DNA of 64,000 nt from Candidatus Spyradenecus sp. (GCA_045535075.1 JAZSKX010000005.1:1-64000); one strand, 5' to 3'; positions 51,587 through 62,105 are shown, counted from the first letter of the stretch. Numbers and translations are program-made. The notes: generated from the letters alone by a model not told the origin.

Positions 51587-51625
51587 AAAACCGTTCCCGC
51601 GGATTTCTCTGCGGGAACGGTTTTT
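51587..51625 (+). terminator. Terminator after rbr, inverted motif pair
   Basis: AAAACCGTTCCCGCGGA-TTTC-TCTGCGGGAACGGTTTTT. Confidence 0.9.
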
Positions 51626-51690
51626 ATATACGCACATAACCGAAGAAAAAATGAACTTTGGTTTTTCTTCGGTTTTTAAAACCAACGTTT

Positions 51691-52152
51691 TCAAGCGACT
51701 TCGCCGTCTGCGTCGCAAGATTTCTTTCCGAAAAAGCGGCAAAGCGGGCACGGGATCGAAAAGCGTCCGCCGCCCGCAATCAGAATCACGACGGCAAAGA
51801 GCGTGTACAAAGCCTGAAGTTCGACGAGCCAACCGCCTTGCGGGGAAAGCGCCCAAAGATCGTCCGCATGGGTCAGCGCAACGGCGAAAACCATGTTGAC
51901 GAGCAGGATAAGCGCGGCAGGACGCACAGCAAATCCTACAATAAGCATCAGCGGCGCAATAATTTCTCCGACGTAAACGCCGTATGCGAGAAATGCCGGC
52001 ATTCCGTTAATTTCGAGCAGCTGTTCGAGCCAAGCGATTCCGCCCGTGAGTTTTGCAATCCCGTGGAGCAACATCATTCCGCCAACGCCCAAACGCGCCG
52101 CAAGCAAAGCCGCATCCGCAGACAAACTATTATTTTCTTCGTAGCACAACAT
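51691..52152 (-). CDS. DoxX family membrane protein
   Basis: RL.VG..MLLHG..K, AYGVYVGEIIAP, GGW..ELQ, G.GRFS. Confidence 0.88.
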   Translation of the reverse strand: MLCYEENNSLSADAALLAARLGVGGMMLLHGIAKLTGGIAWLEQLLEINGMPAFLAYGVYVGEIIAPLMLIVGFAVRPAALILLVNMVFAVALTHADDLWALSPQGGWLVELQALYTLFAVVILIAGGGRFSIPCPLCRFFGKKSCDADGEVA

Positions 52153-52176
52153 ATAACGTTAAAGCGTTCCCGCGGC

Positions 52177-53910
52177 TTAATTTTTGCCGTATTTTTTGTA
52201 CGGTTTGTAACCTTCGGGAATTTTGGTCGGACGTGCATTGATGCCCGCCGCCTTGTAACGTTTTTGCTGGACTTCAACACGTCGCTCGAAATCGCTCCAG
52301 TCGCGATCTTCTTTTTGACTCCAAGTCGCTTCACTCATCGCGCTCATGCGCGGGAAGAAATGGAATTCGACGATTTGTGCGTTTTGCGCTTTTTCGCCCC
52401 AAAAACAGGCTTGCGCTCCGAGAATATGTTTTTCGAGTTTGGGAGACAGCCCGCGCGGGATCGGCTCAAAATCGTAAGCTTGTTTCATCGGCATAATCCC
52501 GCCCTGCGAAAACAGGAATTTGCGATCTGCTTTGTCGTAGCCCCAATTGTAATAGCACGAAGGTCGCGTCGCGACGATAAGATCCTCGCCTTCATTCGGA
52601 GCAATTTTCGCATCCGTGTATTCCCGCCAGTGCATGACGGTGCAACCTTCCGGAATCCCGCCTTCGGTGATTTCGTCCCACGCGATAATTTTTCGTCCTT
52701 TTTTCTCCAAAAACTTTTGAATACGCGCGATGGTGTAGCTTTGAAGTTTGTCTTCCGCTGTGCGTTTGCCTTCGGCGACAAGCTTTTCGTCCTTAATTCT
52801 CTTTTGGCAATCCGGACAATTTTTCCACGCGCCTTTCGGGCATTCGTCCCCGCCGATATGAATGTATTCGCTCGGGAAAAGCTTGGTTACTTCATCGAGA
52901 ACTCCCGTCAGGAACTTGAATGTTTCTTCTTTGCCGGGACAATAAACTTTTCCGAAAACGCCGCCCTTAAGGGGAAGTCCGGCGGGCGGGCGTCCGTCGC
53001 AGGAGAATTCCGGATAAGCCAAAAGCGCAGCGGTCGAATGCCCGGGAATTTCGATTTCGGGAACAATCGTGATGAAACGCTCAGCGGCGTAGGCGACAAT
53101 CTCTTTAATGTCTTTTTGAGAATAATATCCGCCGTATTGTCCTTTGGAATTCCAGCATGCGGAGTCATTTTTTTCGAGCGGGAACTGCCCGCGCGGCTCG
53201 GAATCCGGGCATTCGTTAATCAGCATGTTAGAGCGCCAAGCACCGATTTTGGTCAGCTTCGGGTATTTTTTGATTTCGATGCGCCAGCCTTGGTCTTCCG
53301 TTAAATGCCAATGGAACCGATTAATCTTATGCCATGAAAGCGCATCGATAATTTTTTTGATTTCGTTTTTCGTAAAAAAATGGCGTCCGCAATCGAGGTG
53401 CACCCCGCGCCATTTGAATCGCGGAGCATCGGCAATTTTCGCGCACGGAAGGCTCCACTCGATTTTATCCTTCTTTGCTTTGCGTCTGTAAATTTCCGGC
53501 GGCATCATCTGGCGCACGGTTTGCAATCCGTAAAAAAGTCCTGCTGGTGTTTTCGCAAGAATTGTGATGCGCGTTCCCGTAACTTCCAGTTTGTAGGCTT
53601 CGTCCGGCATTTTTTCGGACGGTTTAAGCCGGAGAATGACGGCGTTATTAATTCCGCCTTTTTCGATCGGAAGCTTCATTCCGGTTGCCCGTTCAATTTC
53701 GCGCTGAAAATAGCGCGCTACGGGAACGGCATCGGGCGCGGAGGCGACAATCTGCGTTGTCGGCTTAAACACGAATTTTCCGGATTGCAAAGAACACGAA
53801 TTCGGGACCGGAACGATTGCAAGTTCCTCCCGCTTATTTTTCGGCGCGGCAAAAAGCGAAATCGCCGACAAAACAAACATAAAAAACAGAGTGGGGAGCA
53901 GGTTTTTCAT
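52177..53910 (-). CDS. Secreted GH20 beta-N-acetylhexosaminidase
   Basis: PRFKWRG.HLD..RHF, HWHLTEDQGWR, PEIEIPGH, HIGGDE, FPR. Confidence 0.95.
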   Translation of the reverse strand: MKNLLPTLFFMFVLSAISLFAAPKNKREELAIVPVPNSCSLQSGKFVFKPTTQIVASAPDAVPVARYFQREIERATGMKLPIEKGGINNAVILRLKPSEKMPDEAYKLEVTGTRITILAKTPAGLFYGLQTVRQMMPPEIYRRKAKKDKIEWSLPCAKIADAPRFKWRGVHLDCGRHFFTKNEIKKIIDALSWHKINRFHWHLTEDQGWRIEIKKYPKLTKIGAWRSNMLINECPDSEPRGQFPLEKNDSACWNSKGQYGGYYSQKDIKEIVAYAAERFITIVPEIEIPGHSTAALLAYPEFSCDGRPPAGLPLKGGVFGKVYCPGKEETFKFLTGVLDEVTKLFPSEYIHIGGDECPKGAWKNCPDCQKRIKDEKLVAEGKRTAEDKLQSYTIARIQKFLEKKGRKIIAWDEITEGGIPEGCTVMHWREYTDAKIAPNEGEDLIVATRPSCYYNWGYDKADRKFLFSQGGIMPMKQAYDFEPIPRGLSPKLEKHILGAQACFWGEKAQNAQIVEFHFFPRMSAMSEATWSQKEDRDWSDFERRVEVQQKRYKAAGINARPTKIPEGYKPYKKYGKN

Positions 53911-54054
53911 AAGTCAAAAACCTATAAAGTTTCGCCGGATTCGCGAGAATATTTTGATATTTTCTTAATTCTCCGGGGTCAAACATCCTCTTGCGGGAAG
54001 CGCCGGGAACCGCTACGCTTAACCGCTTACTTTCCAATCATTTTACTGCAACCG

Positions 54055-57000
54055 ATGTACCTGAAACAGCTCGTCATCAACGGATTCAAAAGCTTTGCCG
54101 ACCGCACGCGCGTCGATCTCCGCCCCGGCATCACGGCAATTGTCGGCCCGAACGGTTGCGGGAAGTCCAATATCGTGGACGCCATTCGTTGGGTACTCGG
54201 AGAACAAAGCGCGAAAGCCCTTCGCGGCGGTTCGATGCACGACGTCATTTTCTCCGGAACGGACAAACGCAAGCCGCTTCAATACTGCGAAGTCGAGCTG
54301 ATTTTCGCCGACTGTGAAAAAGAACTCGGCACAGCGTTTAACGAAGTTTCCATCGTCCGGCGCGTCGCCCGTGATGATTCGTCGGATTATTTTTTAAACG
54401 GGAAAGCCTGCCGTCTGCGCGATATTCAGCGACTTTTCATGGACACCGGTGTCGGGCGTGTTTCGTACTCTTTCATGGTTCAGGGGCAGATTGACCAGAT
54501 TCTTTCCGCAAATCCCTCGGAACGCCGCACACTTTTTGAAGAAGCTGCGGGAATCACGCGCTACAAGACGCAACGCAAAGAAGCGCTCGGGAAACTCGCA
54601 CTGGTCGATCAAAATCTTGCACGCGTAACCGATCGCCTCGACGAGCTTTCTCGCCAAATTGTTTCACTCAAACGTCAAGCCTCGAAAGCGCTCCGCTATA
54701 AACGCATCAAACACCGCCTAACGCACTTGGATTTGGCGTGCCAAGCGTTTTCATTTGCCAAACACCGCGCGGCGATTTGCGACTTGGAGGCGCGTGCGGG
54801 AACGCTTCGCGAAGCGGTTGCCGCACAACGCGAAAATCTTTCCGAGCGGGAACACGTGCTCGCGTCATCGAAAGTCCGGCGCAGTATTCTCCACGAGAAA
54901 ATCGAAAACGCCCAGCAGATGATTTTTGCATTGCGCTCGGAGAAAGATAACGCCGAAGCACAAATTCAGTTTTCACAAGTACGCACGCAGGATTTGCGGG
55001 AGCGCATCGCCGGCATCGAACAGGAAATCGCAGCGATTAACCTGCGCCGCGAAGAATTGGAAATGCGCATTCAGGGCGGAGGCGACACGAAACTGCAACA
55101 CGCCGGCGACGTCGCCAACGCCGATGAGACGTTTCGAATCCGCCAACGCGAGCTGGATGAAACACTCGCGCAACTCGCCGTGCTTGAGCGCGAAGTTGCG
55201 ATTGCACGCCAGGATTTATTGATGAGCGAAAACGAAATTACGCGTTCCCGCTCAACGGTAACAAACATCGAAGTTGATTTGCGAACTTCGGAAATCCGCC
55301 ACGCTGAAATCGGCAATACGCTCGCGCAACTTCGGGAAGAACATCACGCACTCGAATCGCGCTGGCTGGAAGCCCAATCGCTTGCGGAAGCCCGTCGCGC
55401 CGAGCACGCTCAAGCGCAACAAAATGTTGAAGCATCGCGGGAACGCTCAAAACTCCTCGCTGCACGATTCCGCGAGCAGCAACAAACGATTTCGCAACTC
55501 GACCGCCAAGTCGCTCGCCTTTCTGCCCAAGTTTCAATGCTTGAACAACTTCAGGCAAAGTTCGAAGGTTTTTCCGCCGGGGCCAAAGCCATCCTCAAAG
55601 GAGAATTCGGCGAACTTGCACCCGCGGGAACGGCAAAGCCGCTCAATTCGCTTATCGCCGTCAAAGAAAATGTTTTTTCTCCGGCAATCGAACTCCTGCT
55701 CGGCTCGGCTGCCGAGACGCTATTCCTCCCGAACAATTCACAACTCTCCGCGCTTTTAACCGAGCTCGGAGACCGCAATCTCGGACGCGCCGTTCTGGCT
55801 CTTCCCGACACGGGAACCCCTCACGTTCCCGCAGAAAACCTTCCGGAATTTTTGCGTCCCGCAGAGTCGCTCATCGAAACAAAAAATCCGGAGCTCTCCG
55901 AAGCGGTTCGCGGTCTTTTCGAGCGTTGCTTCGTCTGCGACGACGCGTTTCAGTTCCTGGAATTTTGGAAAAACAATCCTGCGTTCGATTTTCTCCTCAT
56001 CGCCACACTCAACGGAGAACTTATTGATTGCCGGGGCCTGCTCTACACGCCTGCCGGAGACGCAAAAGGCAATTCCGCTTTTCAGCGGGAAGCCGAAATT
56101 AAGCACCTGCGGGAACGCCTCCACGCCGAAAATGATTTGCTGACGGAAGCCAATCAGCGAACAATCGAAATTCAGGCGGAAATGGACGAGGTCGAAGCCG
56201 AAACCGAACAGCTGCGTGTTGCCGCCGCAACGCTCGCACAGGAAATTTCGGCAATCGCCGCCGACGAACGCGCCGCCGAGCGCGCCATGGAAAACAATCG
56301 CGTTGCCGTCGAACGCCAGGAAAAGCTGCTCGCCGAATTCGAATATTCCCGCAACATCGCCATCGAAAAAATGGAAGCGGCAAAACAAATCCTCGATTCC
56401 GGAGAATCGCGAATTGCCGAATCCAAAGCCGCCATCGCAGCCAAAGAAGCCGAAATTGCTTCGCTTCGCGCGGCTGCCGACGAACGCAAAGAAGCCGTCA
56501 ATGAAGTTCGTTTCGAGCTTGCGCAAAAAAAACAGCAACTCGAAATGATCGAACGCGAAGTTGCCGAAATTCGCGCTCAACTGGCAGATTTGCAAGGGCG
56601 CGTCGATACGCGGGAAGGCGAAAAGCGCAATGCGCTTGCTCAAATCGACACGTTTAATGAACAGGCGGAAAATGCGAAAGCACGCGTCGAACAGCTCACG
56701 GGAACGCTTGAAGCTTCCGGCGGCGAACTTGAAACGCTTCGCAGCGAGCTTCAGGGAGTCGAAGCAAGAATCGAAGAACTCGACAATGCGATGAACGGTG
56801 ATCGCAATGCATTGCGGGAAAACGAAACACAGCTTTCCGCCCTCGAAGTCAAACTCACAGAAGAAAGCTCAAAGTGCAGTTTTATCTCCGAAAAAATTTC
56901 CACCGAATATCAGCTCGACATTACAACGATTGACTGGAAACAACAACTTTGGCGGGCAGACGAAGAATTTGAAAGCAAAGTCCGCTTCGACGAACTCGAC

Positions 57001-57825
57001 GACGAAGACGGGAACGAAACCGAAATCCGACCGAAAGCGCGCCGGGAACGCGGCGAACCGACGGAAGAAGATTTGGCGGCAATGGACAATACGGACTGGC
57101 AGCCGCTTGTGCGCGAAGTCGCCGACCTGCGGGAACGCCTGCTCTCCATGGGAGCCGTCAACCACACCGCAATCGACGAATATTCCGACCTGCGGGAACG
57201 CTACACTTTCCTCAAAAATCAGGCAGACGATTTGTGGACTTCCAAAAACGAACTCGTCAAAGCCATTGATGAAATTAACGCGACTTCGCAGAAATTGTTC
57301 ACGGATACGTTCGAGCAAATCCGCAAGAACTTTAAATTTACGTTTGAACGCCTTTTCCACGGCGGAGAAAGCGATCTCCAACTTGTTCAAGCAGAAGACG
57401 TACTCGACAGCGGAATCGAAATTATCGCTCGCCCGCCGGGAACCAAACTGCGCAGTATTTCATTGCTTTCCGGCGGCCAGCGCACAATGACTGCCGTCGC
57501 CCTGCTCTTTGCAATTTACATGGTCAAGCCGTCGCCGTTTTGCGTCCTCGACGAACTCGATGCGCCGCTGGACGATGCCAACGTCGGGCGCTTCACCGAC
57601 ATCGTCAAAGAATTTACTCGCTACTCACAATTCCTCGTCGTCACGCACAATAAGCGTACGGTTTCGGCGGCAGAAACGATTTACGGGGTCACGATGCAGG
57701 AACGCGGTGTTACACAACTGCTTTCCATGCGCTTTAATCGGGAAAGCGGCGACACCGAAACCACGGGAACGGTCACGGAATCTCCGACACTCGGGAAAGG
57801 CGGAGCCTTTTCGATGGCGCGTTAA
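54055..57825 (+). CDS. smc: Chromosome segregation protein SMC
   Basis: MYLKQL.INGFKSF, GPNGCGKSN, long coiled coils, LLSGGQ, LDELDAPLD; start reassigned from the over-extended ORF call at 53380. Confidence 0.97.
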   Translation: MYLKQLVINGFKSFADRTRVDLRPGITAIVGPNGCGKSNIVDAIRWVLGEQSAKALRGGSMHDVIFSGTDKRKPLQYCEVELIFADCEKELGTAFNEVSIVRRVARDDSSDYFLNGKACRLRDIQRLFMDTGVGRVSYSFMVQGQIDQILSANPSERRTLFEEAAGITRYKTQRKEALGKLALVDQNLARVTDRLDELSRQIVSLKRQASKALRYKRIKHRLTHLDLACQAFSFAKHRAAICDLEARAGTLREAVAAQRENLSEREHVLASSKVRRSILHEKIENAQQMIFALRSEKDNAEAQIQFSQVRTQDLRERIAGIEQEIAAINLRREELEMRIQGGGDTKLQHAGDVANADETFRIRQRELDETLAQLAVLEREVAIARQDLLMSENEITRSRSTVTNIEVDLRTSEIRHAEIGNTLAQLREEHHALESRWLEAQSLAEARRAEHAQAQQNVEASRERSKLLAARFREQQQTISQLDRQVARLSAQVSMLEQLQAKFEGFSAGAKAILKGEFGELAPAGTAKPLNSLIAVKENVFSPAIELLLGSAAETLFLPNNSQLSALLTELGDRNLGRAVLALPDTGTPHVPAENLPEFLRPAESLIETKNPELSEAVRGLFERCFVCDDAFQFLEFWKNNPAFDFLLIATLNGELIDCRGLLYTPAGDAKGNSAFQREAEIKHLRERLHAENDLLTEANQRTIEIQAEMDEVEAETEQLRVAAATLAQEISAIAADERAAERAMENNRVAVERQEKLLAEFEYSRNIAIEKMEAAKQILDSGESRIAESKAAIAAKEAEIASLRAAADERKEAVNEVRFELAQKKQQLEMIEREVAEIRAQLADLQGRVDTREGEKRNALAQIDTFNEQAENAKARVEQLTGTLEASGGELETLRSELQGVEARIEELDNAMNGDRNALRENETQLSALEVKLTEESSKCSFISEKISTEYQLDITTIDWKQQLWRADEEFESKVRFDELDDEDGNETEIRPKARRERGEPTEEDLAAMDNTDWQPLVREVADLRERLLSMGAVNHTAIDEYSDLRERYTFLKNQADDLWTSKNELVKAIDEINATSQKLFTDTFEQIRKNFKFTFERLFHGGESDLQLVQAEDVLDSGIEIIARPPGTKLRSISLLSGGQRTMTAVALLFAIYMVKPSPFCVLDELDAPLDDANVGRFTDIVKEFTRYSQFLVVTHNKRTVSAAETIYGVTMQERGVTQLLSMRFNRESGDTETTGTVTESPTLGKGGAFSMAR

Positions 57826-57883
57826 AAGCGACGTTTCACCTCCGGAAATTGCTTTTTCGCGGGAAGATTCATAAATTCATGCT

Positions 57884-58675
57884 ATGAAATTTATATCTTC
57901 CCTGCTCGTCTCCCTTTTAATGTTTTGCTCTGCGGAATGCCTTGCGGCTCCGAAATGGCAACTCGTTTGGAAAGATGAATTTAACGGCCGAAGCATTAAC
58001 CCGCGCTATTGGACAAAGATTGAACGCGGGAAGCCGGATTGGAAAAACACAATGTCGGACGATCCGTCGCTCTTTGCCGTGAAAAACGGAAATTTAATTT
58101 TGCGCGGCAAAGTCAATAAAAACACCCGAAAAGATCCGTCGCCTTTTATCACAGGCGGAATTTCCACCCAAGGGAAATTCTCGTTTTGTTACGGGAAAAT
58201 CGAAATTCGAGCCAAACTCGACTGCGCGCAAGGCGCTTGGCCGGCGCTCTGGTTGCTTCCCGATTTTAAAGGTTCCAAATGGCCGGATGACGGCGAAATT
58301 GATATTATGGAGCATTTAAATTTCGACGATTTCGCCTACCAAACCGTACATTCGCGCTACACACAATCGCCCAAAGGGAACAATCCCCGCAAAGGCGCGA
58401 CAGGAGCAATCAAACGTAACGGCTACAATATTTACGGTCTGGAATGGCATCCGGACAAACTCGTTTTCTTCATCAACGGGAAAGAAACATTTACTTATCC
58501 CCGCGTTCCCGCAGAAAAGAAAAACGGCCAGTGGCCGTTTACAAAACCGTTTTATTTACTGGTTGATATGCAGCTCGGCGGAAGCTGGGTCGGAAAGGTC
58601 AACCCCGAACATCTTCCCGTGGAAATGCATGTTGACTGGATACGTGTTTACAAAAACACTTCGCTGAAAAAGTAA
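57884..58675 (+). CDS. Secreted GH16 glycoside hydrolase
   Basis: LVWKDEF, YGKIEIRAK, WPALW, catalytic GEIDIME, VDWIRVY. Confidence 0.93.
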   Translation: MKFISSLLVSLLMFCSAECLAAPKWQLVWKDEFNGRSINPRYWTKIERGKPDWKNTMSDDPSLFAVKNGNLILRGKVNKNTRKDPSPFITGGISTQGKFSFCYGKIEIRAKLDCAQGAWPALWLLPDFKGSKWPDDGEIDIMEHLNFDDFAYQTVHSRYTQSPKGNNPRKGATGAIKRNGYNIYGLEWHPDKLVFFINGKETFTYPRVPAEKKNGQWPFTKPFYLLVDMQLGGSWVGKVNPEHLPVEMHVDWIRVYKNTSLKK

Positions 58676-58680
58676 GCAAA

Positions 58681-59331
58681 TCAGGGATCGGAAAGCTTCT
58701 CGCGAAGCACTTTTTGTATTGAGTCAAACGGCGGCATAACGGCGGGATTATCGCTCACCCACGCATATTCAATTTTTCCGTCGATTCCGATAATAAACGC
58801 CGAACGCTTGGCGACTCCGCGATAGTCCAAAACGTCCGGACGAAAATGATTATCCTCAACGCCGTAAGCTTTTATCGCTTCGCGGTTAAAATCGGAAAGC
58901 AAAGTCAGCGAAAAGCCCGCCGACTCCTTCCATGCCTCCTGCGCAAACGGTCCGTCAACCGAAACAACAATGACGTCCGCGTCAAGGGAGTTGTAGACAT
59001 GAAGCGTGTCTGAAAGCGTGCAAACTTCCGTGCTGCACGTTCCCGAAAAAGCAAACGGGACAAAAAGCAGAACGGTGCGTTGCTTCCCGACCGAGCGAGT
59101 AATGTCAATTGATTCGATTCCCTTCTCCGTTTTCGCCTTCAGCGTTACGGCGGGCGCCTGCATTCCGATTTCAAGTTTCATCGCCTTGGGAGCGTTCCCG
59201 CAGGCATTTTTTGTTTCCCGTGAAACGGAATCCGAACAGGAATTGCAAACCTGCGTACAAGCGGAATTGGCTAAAATCAAAAGCGTTCCCGCAAATGCGG
59301 CACTTAATCCGAGTAATGGTTTTAATTTCAT
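58681..59331 (-). CDS. Peroxiredoxin (AhpC/TSA family), possible lipoprotein
   Basis: PFAFSGTCSTE peroxidatic motif, LSDF, RSAFII; N-terminal LANSAC. Confidence 0.85.
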   Translation of the reverse strand: MKLKPLLGLSAAFAGTLLILANSACTQVCNSCSDSVSRETKNACGNAPKAMKLEIGMQAPAVTLKAKTEKGIESIDITRSVGKQRTVLLFVPFAFSGTCSTEVCTLSDTLHVYNSLDADVIVVSVDGPFAQEAWKESAGFSLTLLSDFNREAIKAYGVEDNHFRPDVLDYRGVAKRSAFIIGIDGKIEYAWVSDNPAVMPPFDSIQKVLREKLSDP

Positions 59332-59402
59332 AATTTTAAAACCATTACATTTATGAATTTATGTCAATACATCAATTCGCGGGAACGAGAATGTGCGCAA
59401 AT

Positions 59403-60968
59403 TTATCGCTTTCGGCGACGAACTCCGACAAGCGCCAACGCCCCCAAGCCTGCGAGCAAAGCAAACGCCGACGGCTCCGGAATCAGAATCGGCTGATAAG
59501 CGACTCCCGTCTCGAAAGAAATACTTTCAATCAGAGCGTCGACGGCGTAGGCGGCTCCGATATCGCCGATTAACAGCGTATTTTTGTAAGAACCCGCAAT
59601 TGATTTATTCCCGCTCAGACAATCGCCGATGAGGTCTCCGTTAAGCCAAACATAAAATCCGCCTTCCGTTGTCGAATTTTCGTTAAGCATATAAGCGATT
59701 CGAATGTTCACGAAATCGTCCGTTGCGAAATAGGTTTTATTCTCCTCAGAAACTCCTCCGTAGAGAAGCGTTCCCGTATCTCCCCAGAAAACTCCGCTTT
59801 CTCCGAGATAAACCACACCGACTTCGTCGTGTCCGTTCCCGGCAAAGATACCGAGAAAATTGTTCGTGCGTCCCGTTTTTTCCATTTTCACGGAAAGTTC
59901 GAGAGTAAATTCCTGAAGCGCGCCGCCGGCCCAATTTAGGCGAATATCACTTCCAGACTGCGCAATTGTTGAAATATCCAAATTGCCGGACGCGTCAACA
60001 TTCCACACATGAGAATTCGCCTGGGTATAGGAGAATTCCTGCGTCGTCGTTCCCGTCGTCGCCGTTGCCGCCCACGAAGACTCGTTTTTAACGAAATTCG
60101 TTTGTGTTTTCAATTCACTTGCCCTTACCCGGGACGTTCCCAGGTCGATTATCGGCGCCAACCCCAATGCCGTCGCCATGTTTTTGGCAACGACTAAAGC
60201 GCCTCCCGCGTTCGGGTGGACATTGTCGGAAGTATGTCCGAAAGCGTCAAACCCCGAGGTAATATCATGGTAGCGCACCGTCGAATTTTCAGTATTCCAT
60301 TCTCCGGCAGAAATTTGCCGTTGAATTTCGGTGTTGTACTCTTTGATTCGCCCCTGCGCATCTGCGACATTATTCCATGATGCCTGTTTTGTCGGCAAAA
60401 CCGAAAAAACATGAACGGTAACATTCGGATTTTTTTCCTGATATTGCCGGATAATTTCCTTTGCGTTTGCTGCAGTTTCGGCGACGGATTTTGCATAAGA
60501 CAAATCATTCACGCCGAGCAAAAGCGTTACCGTATCCGGAGTGCCGTCCGGATAAGCACTTGTATTTGCAAGCCACTCGGACAACATTCCGCTTCCGGAA
60601 CCCGCCTGCCGCCCGTCCGGCCCGCTAAGAAAATCATAGGTGCGCCAACCGTAGTGCCCTTCGCTCGTGTTATCGTAAACGTTCCCGCGAAAACCGGGTG
60701 TTTGCGACTCACTTGCCGAAGTTCCGTCAAAAAATGTCGACATCGAACCGACAGGATTCCATGCAACACCGTTCGAAACAAAAATCTTCCAAAGCGGATA
60801 GCGATAAGAAAGCGATTTATCTACGGCAGAGTTTGCGAGACCGCCGCCTTGAGTAATCGAATCTCCGACAAAAGCAATATTACCGAAATCAATATCTGCA
60901 AATGCGGGAACAGCAGCCAAGGAAAGCGAGGTAGCGGAAATAAGAGAATAAAGAGAAAAGCGTTTCAT
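59403..60968 (-). CDS. SGNH/GDSL hydrolase with C-terminal PEP-CTERM sorting signal
   Basis: GDSIT, LGVND, DNVHPN catalytic blocks; ends IPEPSAFALLAGLGALALVGVRRRKR; start MKRFSLY. Confidence 0.9.
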   Translation of the reverse strand: MKRFSLYSLISATSLSLAAVPAFADIDFGNIAFVGDSITQGGGLANSAVDKSLSYRYPLWKIFVSNGVAWNPVGSMSTFFDGTSASESQTPGFRGNVYDNTSEGHYGWRTYDFLSGPDGRQAGSGSGMLSEWLANTSAYPDGTPDTVTLLLGVNDLSYAKSVAETAANAKEIIRQYQEKNPNVTVHVFSVLPTKQASWNNVADAQGRIKEYNTEIQRQISAGEWNTENSTVRYHDITSGFDAFGHTSDNVHPNAGGALVVAKNMATALGLAPIIDLGTSRVRASELKTQTNFVKNESSWAATATTGTTTQEFSYTQANSHVWNVDASGNLDISTIAQSGSDIRLNWAGGALQEFTLELSVKMEKTGRTNNFLGIFAGNGHDEVGVVYLGESGVFWGDTGTLLYGGVSEENKTYFATDDFVNIRIAYMLNENSTTEGGFYVWLNGDLIGDCLSGNKSIAGSYKNTLLIGDIGAAYAVDALIESISFETGVAYQPILIPEPSAFALLAGLGALALVGVRRRKR

Positions 60969-61034
60969 CTGATTTAGAGATAGGGTTAAACAATACGTCG
61001 AACGCACGGGAACGCGCGATTGGATTCAACGAAA

Positions 61035-61065
61035 CCCGGAATCACGCCCAAAGCATGATTCCGGG
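61035..61065 (-). terminator. Hairpin downstream of the mini-ORF
   Basis: Minus strand CCCGGAATCATGC-TTTGG-GCGTGATTCCGGG followed by TTTCGTT. Confidence 0.6.
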
Positions 61066-61077
61066 AAAAACCGCAAA

Positions 61078-61137
61078 TTAGCGGGAACGGCGGCGACGCG
61101 CGACGAGAAAAGCCGTGATTGAGATAATATTTTTCAT
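61078..61137 (-). pseudogene. 19-aa mini-ORF MKNIISITAFLVARRRRSR; possible collapsed PEP-CTERM gene or leader peptide
   Basis: Signal-peptide-like start fused directly to a PEP-CTERM-like poly-Arg tail; A-rich start context; followed by a hairpin. Confidence 0.45.
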
Positions 61138-61363
61138 ATTTTTTGATACACAGAGAGAATGAAGCCGAGGCGTAAAATTACGCATCCAACTCGACTTCGG
61201 AGGCGCACATTCTCACAATCCCGAGAAAAAAATCAAGCATAATTCGCACCTATTTTATAGGTATTATTTAAAACACAGATACAAAAAAACAAAAAAAACA
61301 CAACGAAATCCGGGCGAACTCTGCGCTTCACTTTTCGCGGGAACGGGTATTTAATCGGCTTTC

Positions 61364-62086
61364 ATGAAAGTCAGCCTCTTTATCCCCTGTTTCGTTGATC
61401 AATATTTTCCCGACGCCGGCATGGCATGCGTCAAAATTCTGGAAAAACTCGGACACGAAGTCCTTTTCCCCGAACGCCAAACCTGTTGCGGGCAACCGCC
61501 GCACAATACGGGATTTTGGAAGGAGGCCCGCGAATCCGCCTTGCGCGCGATTGAGATTTTTGAGAACGCGGAAGTCGTCGTCGGTCCTTCGGGCTCCTGC
61601 ATCGCGATGATGAAAGACGGCTACGGAGATTTGTTCAAAGGAACGGAACACGAAGCACGCGCGAAAGCACTTGCGGCAAAAACCTTTGAATTCACGCAAT
61701 TTCTTGTAAACAAACTCGGCGTAACCGACCTCGGTGCATCGTTCCCGCACAAAGTAACATTCCATGATGGCTGCCACGGCTTGCGCATGCTCAAAGCGAA
61801 AAGCGAGTCGCGCGCGTTGCTGGCAAAAGTCAAAGGGCTCGAACTTATTGAGATGAGCGAAGCGGAATCCTGCTGCGGTTTCGGCGGAACGTTTTCCGTA
61901 AAATTCCCGAAGATTTCGACGGCGATGGTTGAAAAGAAAGCCGCTTCGATTTTGGAAACGGGAGCGGAATACGTCACCTCGCTCGATGCGTCCTGCCTCA
62001 TGAATATCGGCGGGTACGCCGCGCGGGAACGCCTGCCGTTCAAAACCATTCACATCGCGGAAATTCTCGCGTCAAACGAAGCTTAA
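61364..62086 (+). CDS. lutA: Lactate utilization protein A (YkgE/LutA, CCG domains)
   Basis: QTCCGQP, SGSC, FHDGCH, CCGFGGTFSVK, SCLM. Confidence 0.88.
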   Translation: MKVSLFIPCFVDQYFPDAGMACVKILEKLGHEVLFPERQTCCGQPPHNTGFWKEARESALRAIEIFENAEVVVGPSGSCIAMMKDGYGDLFKGTEHEARAKALAAKTFEFTQFLVNKLGVTDLGASFPHKVTFHDGCHGLRMLKAKSESRALLAKVKGLELIEMSEAESCCGFGGTFSVKFPKISTAMVEKKAASILETGAEYVTSLDASCLMNIGGYAARERLPFKTIHIAEILASNEA

Positions 62087-62105
62087 GAACAACTCCCTTT
62101 CTGAC

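Noticed and set aside
53380..54054. 225-aa N-terminal extension of SMC in the ORF track
   Set aside because: Overlaps the divergent GH20 gene; the conserved SMC start MYLK is at 54055.
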